A stretch of 64,000 nucleotides of DNA. Origin: Occultella glacieicola (GTDB taxonomy: Bacteria > Actinomycetota > Actinomycetes > Actinomycetales > Beutenbergiaceae). The notes under the pieces were generated by a model, which saw only the letters and a list, made by a program, of their open reading frames with translations, made no database searches and had not been told where the DNA came from. Numbering within the stretch: the stretch's first letter is position 1; every line of letters begins with the position of its first letter. A program made the position numbers and the translations under genes. The stretch is taken from positions 62,001 through 126,000 of the forward strand of contig NZ_SMNA01000003.1 of NCBI RefSeq assembly GCF_004353825.1, in the 5' to 3' direction. This document shows, piece by piece, positions 43,663 to 52,755 of this stretch.

Positions 43663-44580
43663 ATGGACGTCGACCGGACCCCGATCCACAAGCGTGGCCT
43701 GGTCGGGTTGCTGTGCACGCCACGCACCGACGCGCCGGCTCCCGGCGTCCTGCTCGTGGGCGGGTCCGAGGGCGGCCGACACGACCGGGACGCCACGGCC
43801 CTGGCCGCCGAAGGGTTCACCGTCCTCGCGCTGTCCTACTTCGGGGACCGCGGCCTTCGCCGTGGCCTGGTGGACGTCCCGCTCGAGCTCTTCTTCCGGG
43901 GATTGGACCTCCTGGGATCGGTGAGCGAGGGCCGCACGCTCGGAATGACCGGCGGATCCCGGGGCGGCGAGGCCGCCCTCCTGGTCGCCGCGCACGATGA
44001 GCGGGTCGGCGCCGTGGCGAGTATCGCCGGCAGCGCGGTGATGACTCAGGGCATCGACTACGGCGCCGGATTCCTCCACCAGATCCTGCGTCGGGAGGTC
44101 GCATCCTGGACGCTCGGCGGCGAGCGACTCCCCTACCTCCCGTACGCGAACCTGGAGGAGATCGACCGGCTCGTCGACGACGCCGAGCCAGTGCCGCTCG
44201 GCGTCGCATTCCCGCCGGTGCCCACCGACCCCGCTGAACTGGCCCGGGTGAGCATCCCCGTGGAGCGGATCAACGGGAAGGTGCTTTCGATCTGCGGCGA
44301 CGCCGACGCGATGTGGCCGAGCGGCCCATACACCCAAGTTGCGGTAGACCGGCTGGCCGCGCACGGCCGCGCCGGCGACATCGAGCATCTGGTACTGGCC
44401 GGCGTGGGCCACCCGATCGCCGGTCCACCCGGGCAGCCGTTCACGAGCACCAGGTCGCCCGGCCCCGGTGTGACCTTCGAGATGGGTGGATCACCACGCG
44501 CGAACACCGCTGGGCGCTCGGAGGCGTGGCGTCGCACGGTCGAGTTCTTCCGGCGAGAACTGGCGCCGGACCCACGGTGA
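43663..44580 (+). CDS. Acyl-CoA thioesterase/BAAT C-terminal alpha/beta hydrolase
   Basis: GGSEGG, GGSRGGE nucleophile elbow, GDADAMWPS, GVGH. Confidence 0.88.
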   Translation: MDVDRTPIHKRGLVGLLCTPRTDAPAPGVLLVGGSEGGRHDRDATALAAEGFTVLALSYFGDRGLRRGLVDVPLELFFRGLDLLGSVSEGRTLGMTGGSRGGEAALLVAAHDERVGAVASIAGSAVMTQGIDYGAGFLHQILRREVASWTLGGERLPYLPYANLEEIDRLVDDAEPVPLGVAFPPVPTDPAELARVSIPVERINGKVLSICGDADAMWPSGPYTQVAVDRLAAHGRAGDIEHLVLAGVGHPIAGPPGQPFTSTRSPGPGVTFEMGGSPRANTAGRSEAWRRTVEFFRRELAPDPR

Positions 44581-44740
44581 ACTGAGCGGCCGGCTGCAGC
44601 CGCGCCGGGGATCCATGGCCCTCCAGGTCGCCGGCGCCATTCGGGTCTCCGCGTGGCCCGCTCCCGCGACACCCGGAGCGCTATCGACCTTCCCCCGGTG
44701 CCTCGGCCCCTCTTCCCTTTGTGGGTGACTTCGCATAGAA

Positions 44741-44756
44741 TAGTACACATGTTCGA
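44741..44756. promoter_or_regulatory. LexA (SOS) box overlapping the DUF222-HNH start
   Basis: TAGTAC-ACAT-GTTCGA versus actinobacterial consensus TCGAAC-N4-GTTCGA (2 mismatches); adjoins the TAGAAT -10 box at 44736-44741. Confidence 0.7.
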
Positions 44757-47529
44757 TTCCGACGGCGGGGAGGGTGGCTCGCAGGCTGTGGCGCCTGCGC
44801 GGGGCTGCTGTGCGGATTGCGCCGGGGCCGGTCGGGAGCCGGTGCGGGTGGTCGATCTGTCGGCGCTGGACGAGGCCGCGTTGGCGGGCCTGTCGGAGCA
44901 GGAACTGGCCGAGGTGGCCGCGTTCGAGCGGGAGCTGGAGTATCAGGACTGGTTCGCCGATTTCCTCGACCCGGACGAGGGTCTGGTCTACGACGAGGGC
45001 TGTGTCGTCGGCGAGGAGGACCCCGGCACCACCCGCACCCGCACCCGCACCGGCACCGTCACCGTTGCCGGTGAGGGTGCGGGTCGTGAGTCTCGGGACC
45101 GGGACGACCTGCCCCGGGTGGACGCGCAGGCGTTGGCGTCGCGGGCGGTGGATGGGTTCCTGCTCGATGAGCTGGCCCGGGCGGATCTGTCGGGGATGCA
45201 GGAGTACGAACTGGTCGATGCGTTGGGGTGCTACCGGCGGTTGGAGTCGGTGGCCTCGGCCGGGGTCCGGGAACTCGCCGCCGAGCTCGCGGGACGGGCG
45301 CCGATGGTGATGGCCCGGCCGCGAGCGGTGGGTAAGGAACTGGTGTTCCGGGAATCGCTGGCCGCCGATGAGATCGCCCCGAAGGTGGGGTGTTCGAAGC
45401 AGGAAGCCAACCGGCTGGTCCAGGTCGGCCGGTTCCTGGAGGGGATCGCGGCCCCGACCGGGGACGCGTTGCGCCGTGGTGAGATCGACGCCGGCAAGGC
45501 CGACGTGATCGCGGTCGCGGTGTCGGTGCTGGAAGCCGACGCGGCATTCAAGGTTCAGGACGAACTGCTACCGAAAGCCAGGCTATGGACCCGGCACCGG
45601 GTCGCCCAGGAAGTCGCGAAACTCGTCGCTGCCGCCGACCCCGCCCAGTTCACCCAGCGGACCACGCGCGCCAGTAGGCGTCGGTACGTGGGACGGGCCC
45701 GGGTCGACGTCGACGGGATGGCCTCGCACTCGATGTACTGGCCGGCCGCGGATGCCCTCGCCTTGGACCTGCTCCTGGACAGTGCCGCCTCCTCGGCCAA
45801 GGCCGCCGGAGACCAACGAACCCTGGAACAACTACGCGCGGACGTCCTGGCCGACCTCGCCGCGCACGGCCTGAACACCGGCAACATCGGCGACCTGACC
45901 GGCTTCACCTTCCAACTCCAAACCGCACCCTGCACCCACGAACCCGGACACCACCACGACCACGACAACAACATCGAGCCCGGCGGCGAGGTCGGTGCCG
46001 GCGAGCACCACAGCGCCGACGAGCCCCAGCGCGGCGGCACGAGCGGGCACAGCGACGGCAGCGGACACAGCGACGGCGGCCGGCGCAGCGACAGCGACCG
46101 GCGCAGCGACAGCGGCCGGCGCAGCGAGACGGCCGGGCCTGAGCAGCTCGAGCCGCGAAGCGACGAGCACACCGGCAGCGGCACGACCGGAGGCGAGGCC
46201 GACCGCAGCGGTGCAACCGGAGACGAGGCCGGCCGCAGCGAGCCCGAGCGCAGCGGCGCGACCGAAGGCGAGGCCGCCGGCACCAGCACGAGCGGAGACG
46301 AGACCGACGGCAGCGAGCCCGCGGATGCGGCCGTCGGACCGGCCGAGGAAACACCCACAACCGAGTCCGCAGATCGGGGCCCGGGAACTGAGACTTCCAT
46401 CGGTGCCGGGCTCGCAGAGCCCGGCACCGCCCCGACGAGCGCACCCGAGACCGGGACCACGGCGACCACGGCGCCCCGCAGTCTCCTCGAAAGCGCATCC
46501 CAGGGCGAGAGCACACCCGACGGCACACCGACCGGCGGATCCGAGGACACCGACCCGCCCGTCGGCCATCCGGCAGGCGAGTCCGAGGGGACCGGTGCGC
46601 CCGGCGACAGCCCGACCGGCCTATCCGAGGACAGCGCTGCGCCCAGCGACGCCCCGACCGGTGAGTCCGAGGCCACCGGTGCGCCCAGCGACAGCCCGAC
46701 CGGCCTATCCGAGGACAGCGCTGCGCCCAGCGACGCCCCGACCGGTGAGTCCGAGGCCACCGGTGCGCCCAGCGACGCCCCGACCGGTGAGTCCGAGGGG
46801 ACGGGTGCGTCCGCGGCCGGCCCGACGGGCGCCGGCGCCGACACCGCTGAGCCCGGCACGACACCGGGTGGGTTCCTGGGGTCATGGCACGGGGCGGGCA
46901 CCGGGACCGACCCACGGGTCTTCACCCCGGCACGAGGTCAGGGACTACCCCGCGTCTGGCCAGTCGGGGTCCTCGGCGGCCGCCGCGCCCAGATTCTCAT
47001 CCGGGTCACCCTCAACACCCTGATGGGCGCGGACGAACCCGCCGACATCGAAGGACTGGGCCCGATCCCGGCCGACGTCGCCCGCGCATTCGCCGCCGGC
47101 GGCACCTGGCGACGCCTCGTCACCGACCCCACCACCAACCGGGTCACCGACTACGGCGCGACCCGCTACGAACCCCCACAGAACATGATCGACCGGATCA
47201 AGGAGAACGAACCCCACTGCACCGCCCCCGGCTGCACTGCGACCGCGCGGATGACCGAACTCGACCACCGCATCCCGTTCCCGCTGGGGCACACCAGCGA
47301 TGACAACCTCGACCCCAAGTGCCGGCGCTGCCACGTCCTGAAGACCCACGGCGACTTCGAGGACGAAGTCGACCACCACGGCAACCGGTTCTGGAGAACC
47401 CCCACCGGTCACGTCTACATGCGCACCCCCGACGGCACCATCACCGAACTCCCCAGAACCCGACCCGCGAGCACCCCAGGCCCCACCTACCGCACCGCTC
47501 CCGACCTCAACGAACCAGCACCCTTCTGA
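44749..47529 (+). CDS. DUF222 (13E12-type) HNH endonuclease-domain protein with long low-complexity insertion
   Basis: ALRRGEIDAGKA, DQRTLEQLRADVL, TLMGADEPA, WRRLVTDP, CTAPGC, ELDH, NLDPKCRRCHVLKTH, WRTPTG. Confidence 0.92.
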   Translation: MFDSDGGEGGSQAVAPARGCCADCAGAGREPVRVVDLSALDEAALAGLSEQELAEVAAFERELEYQDWFADFLDPDEGLVYDEGCVVGEEDPGTTRTRTRTGTVTVAGEGAGRESRDRDDLPRVDAQALASRAVDGFLLDELARADLSGMQEYELVDALGCYRRLESVASAGVRELAAELAGRAPMVMARPRAVGKELVFRESLAADEIAPKVGCSKQEANRLVQVGRFLEGIAAPTGDALRRGEIDAGKADVIAVAVSVLEADAAFKVQDELLPKARLWTRHRVAQEVAKLVAAADPAQFTQRTTRASRRRYVGRARVDVDGMASHSMYWPAADALALDLLLDSAASSAKAAGDQRTLEQLRADVLADLAAHGLNTGNIGDLTGFTFQLQTAPCTHEPGHHHDHDNNIEPGGEVGAGEHHSADEPQRGGTSGHSDGSGHSDGGRRSDSDRRSDSGRRSETAGPEQLEPRSDEHTGSGTTGGEADRSGATGDEAGRSEPERSGATEGEAAGTSTSGDETDGSEPADAAVGPAEETPTTESADRGPGTETSIGAGLAEPGTAPTSAPETGTTATTAPRSLLESASQGESTPDGTPTGGSEDTDPPVGHPAGESEGTGAPGDSPTGLSEDSAAPSDAPTGESEATGAPSDSPTGLSEDSAAPSDAPTGESEATGAPSDAPTGESEGTGASAAGPTGAGADTAEPGTTPGGFLGSWHGAGTGTDPRVFTPARGQGLPRVWPVGVLGGRRAQILIRVTLNTLMGADEPADIEGLGPIPADVARAFAAGGTWRRLVTDPTTNRVTDYGATRYEPPQNMIDRIKENEPHCTAPGCTATARMTELDHRIPFPLGHTSDDNLDPKCRRCHVLKTHGDFEDEVDHHGNRFWRTPTGHVYMRTPDGTITELPRTRPASTPGPTYRTAPDLNEPAPF
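46045..46134 (+). repeat. Five degenerate 18-bp coding repeats
   Basis: Encode GHSDGS GHSDGG RRSDSD RRSDSG RRSETA. Confidence 0.75.
46528..46821 (+). repeat. Seven 42-bp coding tandem repeats (14 aa)
   Basis: Alternating units PTGLSEDSAAPSDA and PTGESEATGAPSD(S/A), with degenerate end copies. Confidence 0.85.
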
Positions 47530-47553
47530 GCCGGCAGCAGGGCACTCCCGAGC

Positions 47554-47964
47554 TCAGTTGTCGCTGGGCAGGAACAGGGCGACGACCGCGGCCAGCGCGG
47601 CCGGGAGGAAGAAGACGCCGATCCCGAGCAGCGTGAAGATGGCGAACGCGAACAGCAGCACGGCCGTGAGCACCGCGGTGATCCGACCTCGGAGCAGTAG
47701 GGGCAGCCCGGCCAAGAGCACCGGGATCGCGAGTGCGACGAGCACGCCCGGGCCGCTCAGGGCGATCAGACTGATCCGCTCGATGTCCGCCGGGGAGTCA
47801 GCGGTGCCCTGGTCCGGGACCAGGAAGATCGGCACGAGGACCAGGGCCACGAACGCGGCCACGGCAAGCCCTAACGCGACCTTGTGCGCGAACCGACGGG
47901 TCAACGGCGGTCGGCGATGGCGACCGTCGTCGCGCTTGCCGGTACCGGCCGGAATCGTAGGCAT
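47554..47964 (-). CDS. Small multi-pass membrane protein, paralogue of 50014..50406
   Basis: GPGVLVALAIPVLL..IGVFFLPAALAAVVAL. Confidence 0.75.
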   Translation of the reverse strand: MPTIPAGTGKRDDGRHRRPPLTRRFAHKVALGLAVAAFVALVLVPIFLVPDQGTADSPADIERISLIALSGPGVLVALAIPVLLAGLPLLLRGRITAVLTAVLLFAFAIFTLLGIGVFFLPAALAAVVALFLPSDN

Positions 47965-47998
47965 GGTTCGACTTTAGCGATCTCCCGGACCCATCTAC

Positions 47999-48062
47999 TG
48001 CAATCAAACGGTTGCGTTCGCGCACGTCACGACGTAGGCTTAGGTGCAACCGAATCATTGCG
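47999..48062. promoter_or_regulatory. Two putative ArsR-type operators upstream of SRPBCC-ArsR
   Basis: TGCAATCAAACGGTTGCG (47999-48016) and TGCAACCGAATCATTGCG (48045-48062), both GCAA..TTGC imperfect palindromes in an AT-rich spacer. Confidence 0.6.
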
Positions 48063-48155
48063 ATAGATACTCGGATTGGTGCGATCCACGTGATCGAGGC
48101 CCAGCCGGACAGATGTCGCTCCACGATTCGACCCATCGAAACCTGAAGGAGCCCC

Positions 48156-48647
48156 ATGCGCACCGACCGCGCAGTCGCCGATCTCGACGCCGGCACCATC
48201 ACCCGCACGATCCGGATCGAAGCGCCGATCGCGACCGTCTGGACCGCGCTCACCTCGCCCGAGCACATCGCCACCTGGTGGGGCCACCCGTCGGAGTTCC
48301 CGGACGGCTGGCGGGTCGGCTCGCTCGGCCACTTCCTCTGGGAGAACCACCGGTTCGAGGTCCGCATCGACGAGCTCGACCCACCCGCCACGTTCGCGCT
48401 CACCTGGGGTGACCTGGACACCACGCTCGAGGGATCGGCGGCGGCGACATCGGTCCGGTTCACGCTCGCTGGGGACGCCGGCTCCACCACCGTCACCGTC
48501 CTCGAGACCGGCTTCGACCGGCTCGACGTCGCCGCGCGGCGCGCGGCGATGGAGGAGAACACCGGCGGTTGGAACACCGTGCTGGACGCGTTGCGCGACT
48601 TCAGCACGGGGCGGGTCACTCCTGCGGACCTGCGGTCCGAGGGATGA
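48156..48647 (+). CDS. SRPBCC/AHSA1 (START-like) domain protein
   Basis: IRIEAPIATVWTALTSPEHIATWW, TVTVLETGF, GWNTVLDAL; GAAGGAG RBS. Confidence 0.9.
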   Translation: MRTDRAVADLDAGTITRTIRIEAPIATVWTALTSPEHIATWWGHPSEFPDGWRVGSLGHFLWENHRFEVRIDELDPPATFALTWGDLDTTLEGSAAATSVRFTLAGDAGSTTVTVLETGFDRLDVAARRAAMEENTGGWNTVLDALRDFSTGRVTPADLRSEG

Positions 48648-48979
48648 CTCCGCCCACCGAGCTCGACCCGGTGCCGCTGTGTGCCGCATTGGCTGACGCG
48701 ACCCGGTGGGAGATCCTGGCCGTGCTGGGCGACCGGGATGCCTCCGCGAGCGAGCTCGCCGAGGAACTCCCGGTGTCACGGCAGGCGATCGCCAAGCACC
48801 TGCAGCAGCTCGCGGCGGTCGGGCTCGTGGAGCCGATCCGGGCGGGCCGGGCCATCCGCTACCGCGCGCTCGGGGCCCGACTCGGCCAGCTCGCCAGCCG
48901 TTTGGAGACCATCGGCCGTGGCTGGGATGCCCGCCTGTCCCGGCTCAAGGACGTCGCGGAGGCGCTGGACCAAGACTGA
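48644..48979 (+). CDS. ArsR/SmtB-family regulator
   Basis: ALADATRWEIL, SRQAIAKHL..LAAVGLV; ATGA overlap. Confidence 0.92.
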   Translation: MTPPTELDPVPLCAALADATRWEILAVLGDRDASASELAEELPVSRQAIAKHLQQLAAVGLVEPIRAGRAIRYRALGARLGQLASRLETIGRGWDARLSRLKDVAEALDQD

Positions 48980-49059
48980 CCGCGGCCTGGCGTCGGCCCG
49001 TCGACCACACGCCCGACGTGGCCCCGGCAACCTCAGGCCCCGGCGACCTTCCGCCGACG

Positions 49060-49884
49060 TCAGTGCCCGACGACGTCCGAATCGGCCACGTCCGCGTCGC
49101 CGGAGTCCAGGGCGTCGATCCCCGCGATCTCCTCGTCGGTCAGCTCGAAGTCGAAGATCGAGATGTTCTCGACGATCCGGCCAGGATCCGCCGACTTCGG
49201 GATCGGGAGGGCCCCGGTCTGGGTGTGCCAGCGCAGCACCACCTGGGCCGGGGTGCGCCCGTGCGCCTGCGCGGCCCGGGTGATCGCGGGTTCGGCGAGC
49301 AGGTCACCGGCCTTGCCGAGGGGCGTGTAGGCCTCGGTGAGGATGCCGTGCTCGGCATGGAAGGCCAGTTCGGCTCGGCGCGGATTGCGGGGGTCGCGCT
49401 TGATCTGGTTCACCTCCGGCACCAGGCCGGCATCGAGGAGGGCCTGCAGGTGCGCCGGCTTGAAGTTGGAGACCCCGACGGCGCGGATCAGCCCCTCCTC
49501 CCGCAATGCCACCAGACCCTTCACGGCGTCCACGAAGCCCCCGAACGCGGGCCGGGGCCAGTGGGCCATGAACAGGTCGATGTAGTCGACACCAAGTCGT
49601 CCGGTGCTCGCCTCGAACGCGCGCCGGACGCCGTCGTAGGAGTGCCACTGCTCGTTGAACTTCGTGGTCAGGAACACGTCACCGCGGTCGATCCCGGACC
49701 GGCGCACGCCCTCCCCCACGCCGGCCTCGTTGCGATAGTTCTCGGCGGTGTCGATCAGGCGGTAGCCGGCCCCGATCGCCGACTCGACGGCGGTGGCGAC
49801 GTCGCCGTCGTCCATGGGCCAGGTGCCCAGCCCGAGCGCGGGGATCGTGGTGCCGGAGGTCAATGTCAGCGTGGGGGCAGTCAT
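49060..49884 (-). CDS. Aldo/keto reductase (DkgA-like)
   Basis: LGLGTW, IDTAENY, TTK, DLFMAHWP, GVSNF, IPKS. Confidence 0.95.
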   Translation of the reverse strand: MTAPTLTLTSGTTIPALGLGTWPMDDGDVATAVESAIGAGYRLIDTAENYRNEAGVGEGVRRSGIDRGDVFLTTKFNEQWHSYDGVRRAFEASTGRLGVDYIDLFMAHWPRPAFGGFVDAVKGLVALREEGLIRAVGVSNFKPAHLQALLDAGLVPEVNQIKRDPRNPRRAELAFHAEHGILTEAYTPLGKAGDLLAEPAITRAAQAHGRTPAQVVLRWHTQTGALPIPKSADPGRIVENISIFDFELTDEEIAGIDALDSGDADVADSDVVGH

Positions 49885-50013
49885 GGGTTCGAGTCTGTCA
49901 CCCTCACGCGAACCGGAACCAGTGGGACCACATCGTGACCCGTCGCTCCGATCCGGTGCCGGGCGACCTCCGCCGTCAGCCCGGTGCCGCGGCCGGAACG
50001 CAGCGGCACCGCG

Positions 50014-50406
50014 TCAGCGGCGCCGCGCCAGCAGGGCCACGACGGCAGCGATCGCAGCGGGTGCGTAGAACAGTCCGATCGTGGCCCCGCCGAGGACCAT
50101 CAGGAAGACGAGCAGCGCCGCGCACGCAATGGTCACCCCGGGCAGCCGCCCACTGGGCACCAGCAGTGGCACCGCGGTCAGCAGCACCGGCACCAACATC
50201 GGGACCAGCGCACCGGGGCCGTTCACCTCGAGCAGCGTGGCGGTGATGTCCTCGGTCCCGTCGGGAGTGCTTCGGGTGCCGGAGTAGAGCGGCAACACCA
50301 GCAACACCACGATCGCCGCGCAGGCCAGGCCGAACGCGACGAACTGCCACACCCGCGCAGGGGTGCGGTACGGGATCCGGACCGTGGCGCCGTCGACCGA
50401 ACTCAT
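50014..50406 (-). CDS. Small multi-pass membrane protein, paralogue of 47554..47964
   Basis: NGPGALVPMLVPVLL..IGLFYAPAAIAAVVAL. Confidence 0.75.
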   Translation of the reverse strand: MSSVDGATVRIPYRTPARVWQFVAFGLACAAIVVLLVLPLYSGTRSTPDGTEDITATLLEVNGPGALVPMLVPVLLTAVPLLVPSGRLPGVTIACAALLVFLMVLGGATIGLFYAPAAIAAVVALLARRR

Positions 50407-50427
50407 GGTCCCAGCATCCCACCGCGG

Positions 50428-51771
50428 TCAGCAGGCGACGGTCAGATCCTCGGCGCTGGCGCCCGCGGTGCCCGCCTCGGAGGGCGTCTGCGTAGCACCT
50501 TCGTCCGGATCGGGCAGCGGCGCGTCCTCGGCGCTCGGCGCCTGCGTCGGCGTCCCGTCGGCACCGGGTGTCGCGGCCCCCGACGCTCCGTTACCGGTTC
50601 CCTCGTCGCCGGCGAGGATCGGCTCGTCGGCAGCCATCGCCGCCCAGATCTCGTCCACCTCGCTGGTCCAGACCAGCCGGTTCGGGTCGGGTGCGTAGGC
50701 CCCGTACGGGGTGGTGAGGAACGTGACGTCGTCCGCCGAGAGCGACCGCAGGCTCAGGGCGAGGCCCGCCATTCCGGTCAGTGAGGACAGGTTCTCGCTC
50801 ATCGTCAGCGATCCGAGGGCGGCGTTGACCATTCCGTACAGCGCCGGGCCGTCGGCGAGGATGTTGCGCGAGAGCACCTCCGCGACCATCGCGGACATGA
50901 GCCGCTGCTGGCGCTCGATCCGACCGGGGTCGGAACCGTCGCCCACACCTACCCGAGCCCGGGCGTAGCCGAGCGCCTGCTCGCCGGTGAGGGTCTGCTC
51001 GCCGGCGTCCAGGAACAGATGCGCCTTCGGGGCGGAGATCGCCTCGGGGATGCAGATGTCGACGCCGCCGAGCGCATCGACCATCTCGATGAAGCCGCCC
51101 ATCTCGACGAGCACGAACCCGTCGATGGTCAGTCCGGTCGCCGACTGGGCGAGGTTGATGTCACAGGCGACGGCGGTCTCCGTGTCTCCGCCGACGAGCC
51201 ACCCGTTCGCGAACGCGGCGTTGTACATCCCGTACCACCCGTGGATGGTCTCGCCGGACGTCGTCGGACAGTCCGGGATCTGCACCATGATGTCGCGCGG
51301 GATCGAGACCAGTTCCACCCGGGACCGGTCGGCGGCGATGTGGGCCACGATGTGGGTGTCCGCCAGCACCGAGTCGAACCCGTCGTCGACCGCCCCGTCC
51401 GCGCGACTGTCCGAGCCGATGATCAGGATGTTCAGCGCGGTCCCCGCGTTCGGGTCCGCCGGCGGCGCCGGGGTCACCGGTGCCCCCTCGGCGTCGGTCG
51501 GCTGATTGATCAGATCGTCGACCCGGATCACATCAACCTCGGCCTGCAACTGTGCATACACGGTGCCGCCGAACGTGGCCGCGAAGGCGAACGCCCCCAC
51601 CACGGCGACGGCGGCTGTCCGCAACCGGTGCCGGCGGACCCTGCGAGCGTGCCGAGGGCGTCCCTGCCGGACCCGTTGAGCGGGGGGTGCGGAGTTCGGC
51701 GCGCGATCGAGCGCGGGGCGGCCCGATCGTCGGATCGCGACCGTCGACCTGGCGTGGCGGGCGTGCGGCAT
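50428..51771 (-). CDS. LCP (LytR-CpsA-Psr) family protein
   Basis: One TM helix, NILIIGSDSR, VSIPRD, VDALGGV, ALGYARAR, SDPGRIERQQ. Confidence 0.92.
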   Translation of the reverse strand: MPHARHARSTVAIRRSGRPALDRAPNSAPPAQRVRQGRPRHARRVRRHRLRTAAVAVVGAFAFAATFGGTVYAQLQAEVDVIRVDDLINQPTDAEGAPVTPAPPADPNAGTALNILIIGSDSRADGAVDDGFDSVLADTHIVAHIAADRSRVELVSIPRDIMVQIPDCPTTSGETIHGWYGMYNAAFANGWLVGGDTETAVACDINLAQSATGLTIDGFVLVEMGGFIEMVDALGGVDICIPEAISAPKAHLFLDAGEQTLTGEQALGYARARVGVGDGSDPGRIERQQRLMSAMVAEVLSRNILADGPALYGMVNAALGSLTMSENLSSLTGMAGLALSLRSLSADDVTFLTTPYGAYAPDPNRLVWTSEVDEIWAAMAADEPILAGDEGTGNGASGAATPGADGTPTQAPSAEDAPLPDPDEGATQTPSEAGTAGASAEDLTVAC

Positions 51772-51902
51772 CGCCCTTGATCCTAGGAGTTCCGGGCGTC
51801 GCTCCACGCTCTCTGACGGGGGCGTGCCGTGGACGGTTTGTGGAGGAGTGTCGCCGTCCACGTCACGTGGTGCCGCTCGCACGCCCCGTGGGGCGATCGC
51901 GC

Positions 51903-52265
51903 TCAGTCAGATGGCTGGCCGGCGCCGTCGCCCTCGGCCGAGACAGCCCCGGACGGCACGAGCTTGAGGCCGATGACGGCGCCGATGATGCCGAGCAGGA
52001 AGACCACCTTCCACACCGAGACCGACTCCGCGCCGGTGGCGATCGCATACGTCACGGTGAGCGCGGCACCCACCCCGGTCCAGACGGCGTACGCAGTCCC
52101 GATCGGGATGGATCTCATCGCCCGGCCGAGGCCGAGCATGCTGAGCGTGAGGGCGACGAGGAACACGACCGTCGGCGCCGGTCGGGTGAAGCCGTCGGAG
52201 GCTCCGAGCGCGGTCGCCCACACGGCTTCCAGGACGGCGCTGCCGAGCAGGATGAGCCATGGCAT
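51903..52265 (-). CDS. SMR-family (Gdx/SugE-like) exporter subunit
   Basis: LEAVWATAL, PIGTAYAVWTGVG, IGLK. Confidence 0.9.
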   Translation of the reverse strand: MPWLILLGSAVLEAVWATALGASDGFTRPAPTVVFLVALTLSMLGLGRAMRSIPIGTAYAVWTGVGAALTVTYAIATGAESVSVWKVVFLLGIIGAVIGLKLVPSGAVSAEGDGAGQPSD

Positions 52266-52266
52266 C

Positions 52267-52581
52267 TCAGCTCACCACCTTGAGGCCGACGACGCTCCCG
52301 ACGAGCAGCACCAGCAGCGCGATCCGGGCGATCGACGCCGGCTCCTTGCCGGCGAGCATCGCCCACACCACGGTCAGCGACGCACCGATGCCGACCCAGA
52401 CGGCGTAGGCCGTCCCGGTCGGCAGGCTGGTCATCGCGTAGGCGAGGCCGGCCATGCTGGCCACCATCGCGACCACGAACAGGATCGTCGGACGCACCTT
52501 CTTGAAGCCGTCGGACGCCGACAGCGCCGAGGCCCAGACCGCCTCGAGCATTCCGGACAGGACAAGAATCAACCAAGCCAT
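52267..52581 (-). CDS. SMR-family guanidinium exporter (Gdx/SugE-like)
   Basis: MAWLILVLSGMLEAVWA (GxxExxWA), PTGTAYAVWVGIG; riboswitch upstream. Confidence 0.92.
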   Translation of the reverse strand: MAWLILVLSGMLEAVWASALSASDGFKKVRPTILFVVAMVASMAGLAYAMTSLPTGTAYAVWVGIGASLTVVWAMLAGKEPASIARIALLVLLVGSVVGLKVVS

Positions 52582-52589
52582 GATGGGCC

Positions 52590-52637
52590 TTCTGAGTCAG
52601 TCTTGTCGCTTTGCGGGTACTGCTCCCTCGTCCGCAG
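52590..52637 (-). ncRNA. Guanidine-III (ykkC-III) riboswitch
   Basis: Minus strand GCGGACGAGGGAGCAGTACCCGCAAAGCGACAAGACTGACTC: GCGG/CCGC stem, ACGAGG, GTAC and GACAAGAC elements, pseudoknot CAGT/ACTG; lies just before the SMR start. Confidence 0.88.
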
Positions 52638-52755
52638 ACCCTCGTCGGGCCTCATCAGCCAGGGTAGCCGACGGGCCCGACGGCGTCCCTGTGGGTTTAC
52701 TCACCGCCTCACCCTGGTCGGTGGTCGGCGTGGCCCGCGGCCAGGCCCGTGCGGG

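Noticed and set aside
40129..47529. Dedicated DNA-repair or defence island (NUDIX, EEP, ligB, HNH)
   Set aside because: Mixed orientations, separate promoters, unrelated intervening genes, and only the HNH gene shows a SOS-like box.
49020..49049. 14-bp direct repeat GGCCCCGGC(A/G)ACCT between arsR and the AKR gene
   Set aside because: Short and GC-rich with no associated element; likely chance or local slippage.
52625..52650. Extra guanidine-II (mini-ykkC) hairpins from the repeated GACGAGGG
   Set aside because: The ACGA loops lack the G-C closing pair and twin-hairpin geometry. The downstream copy is part of the guanidine-III aptamer.
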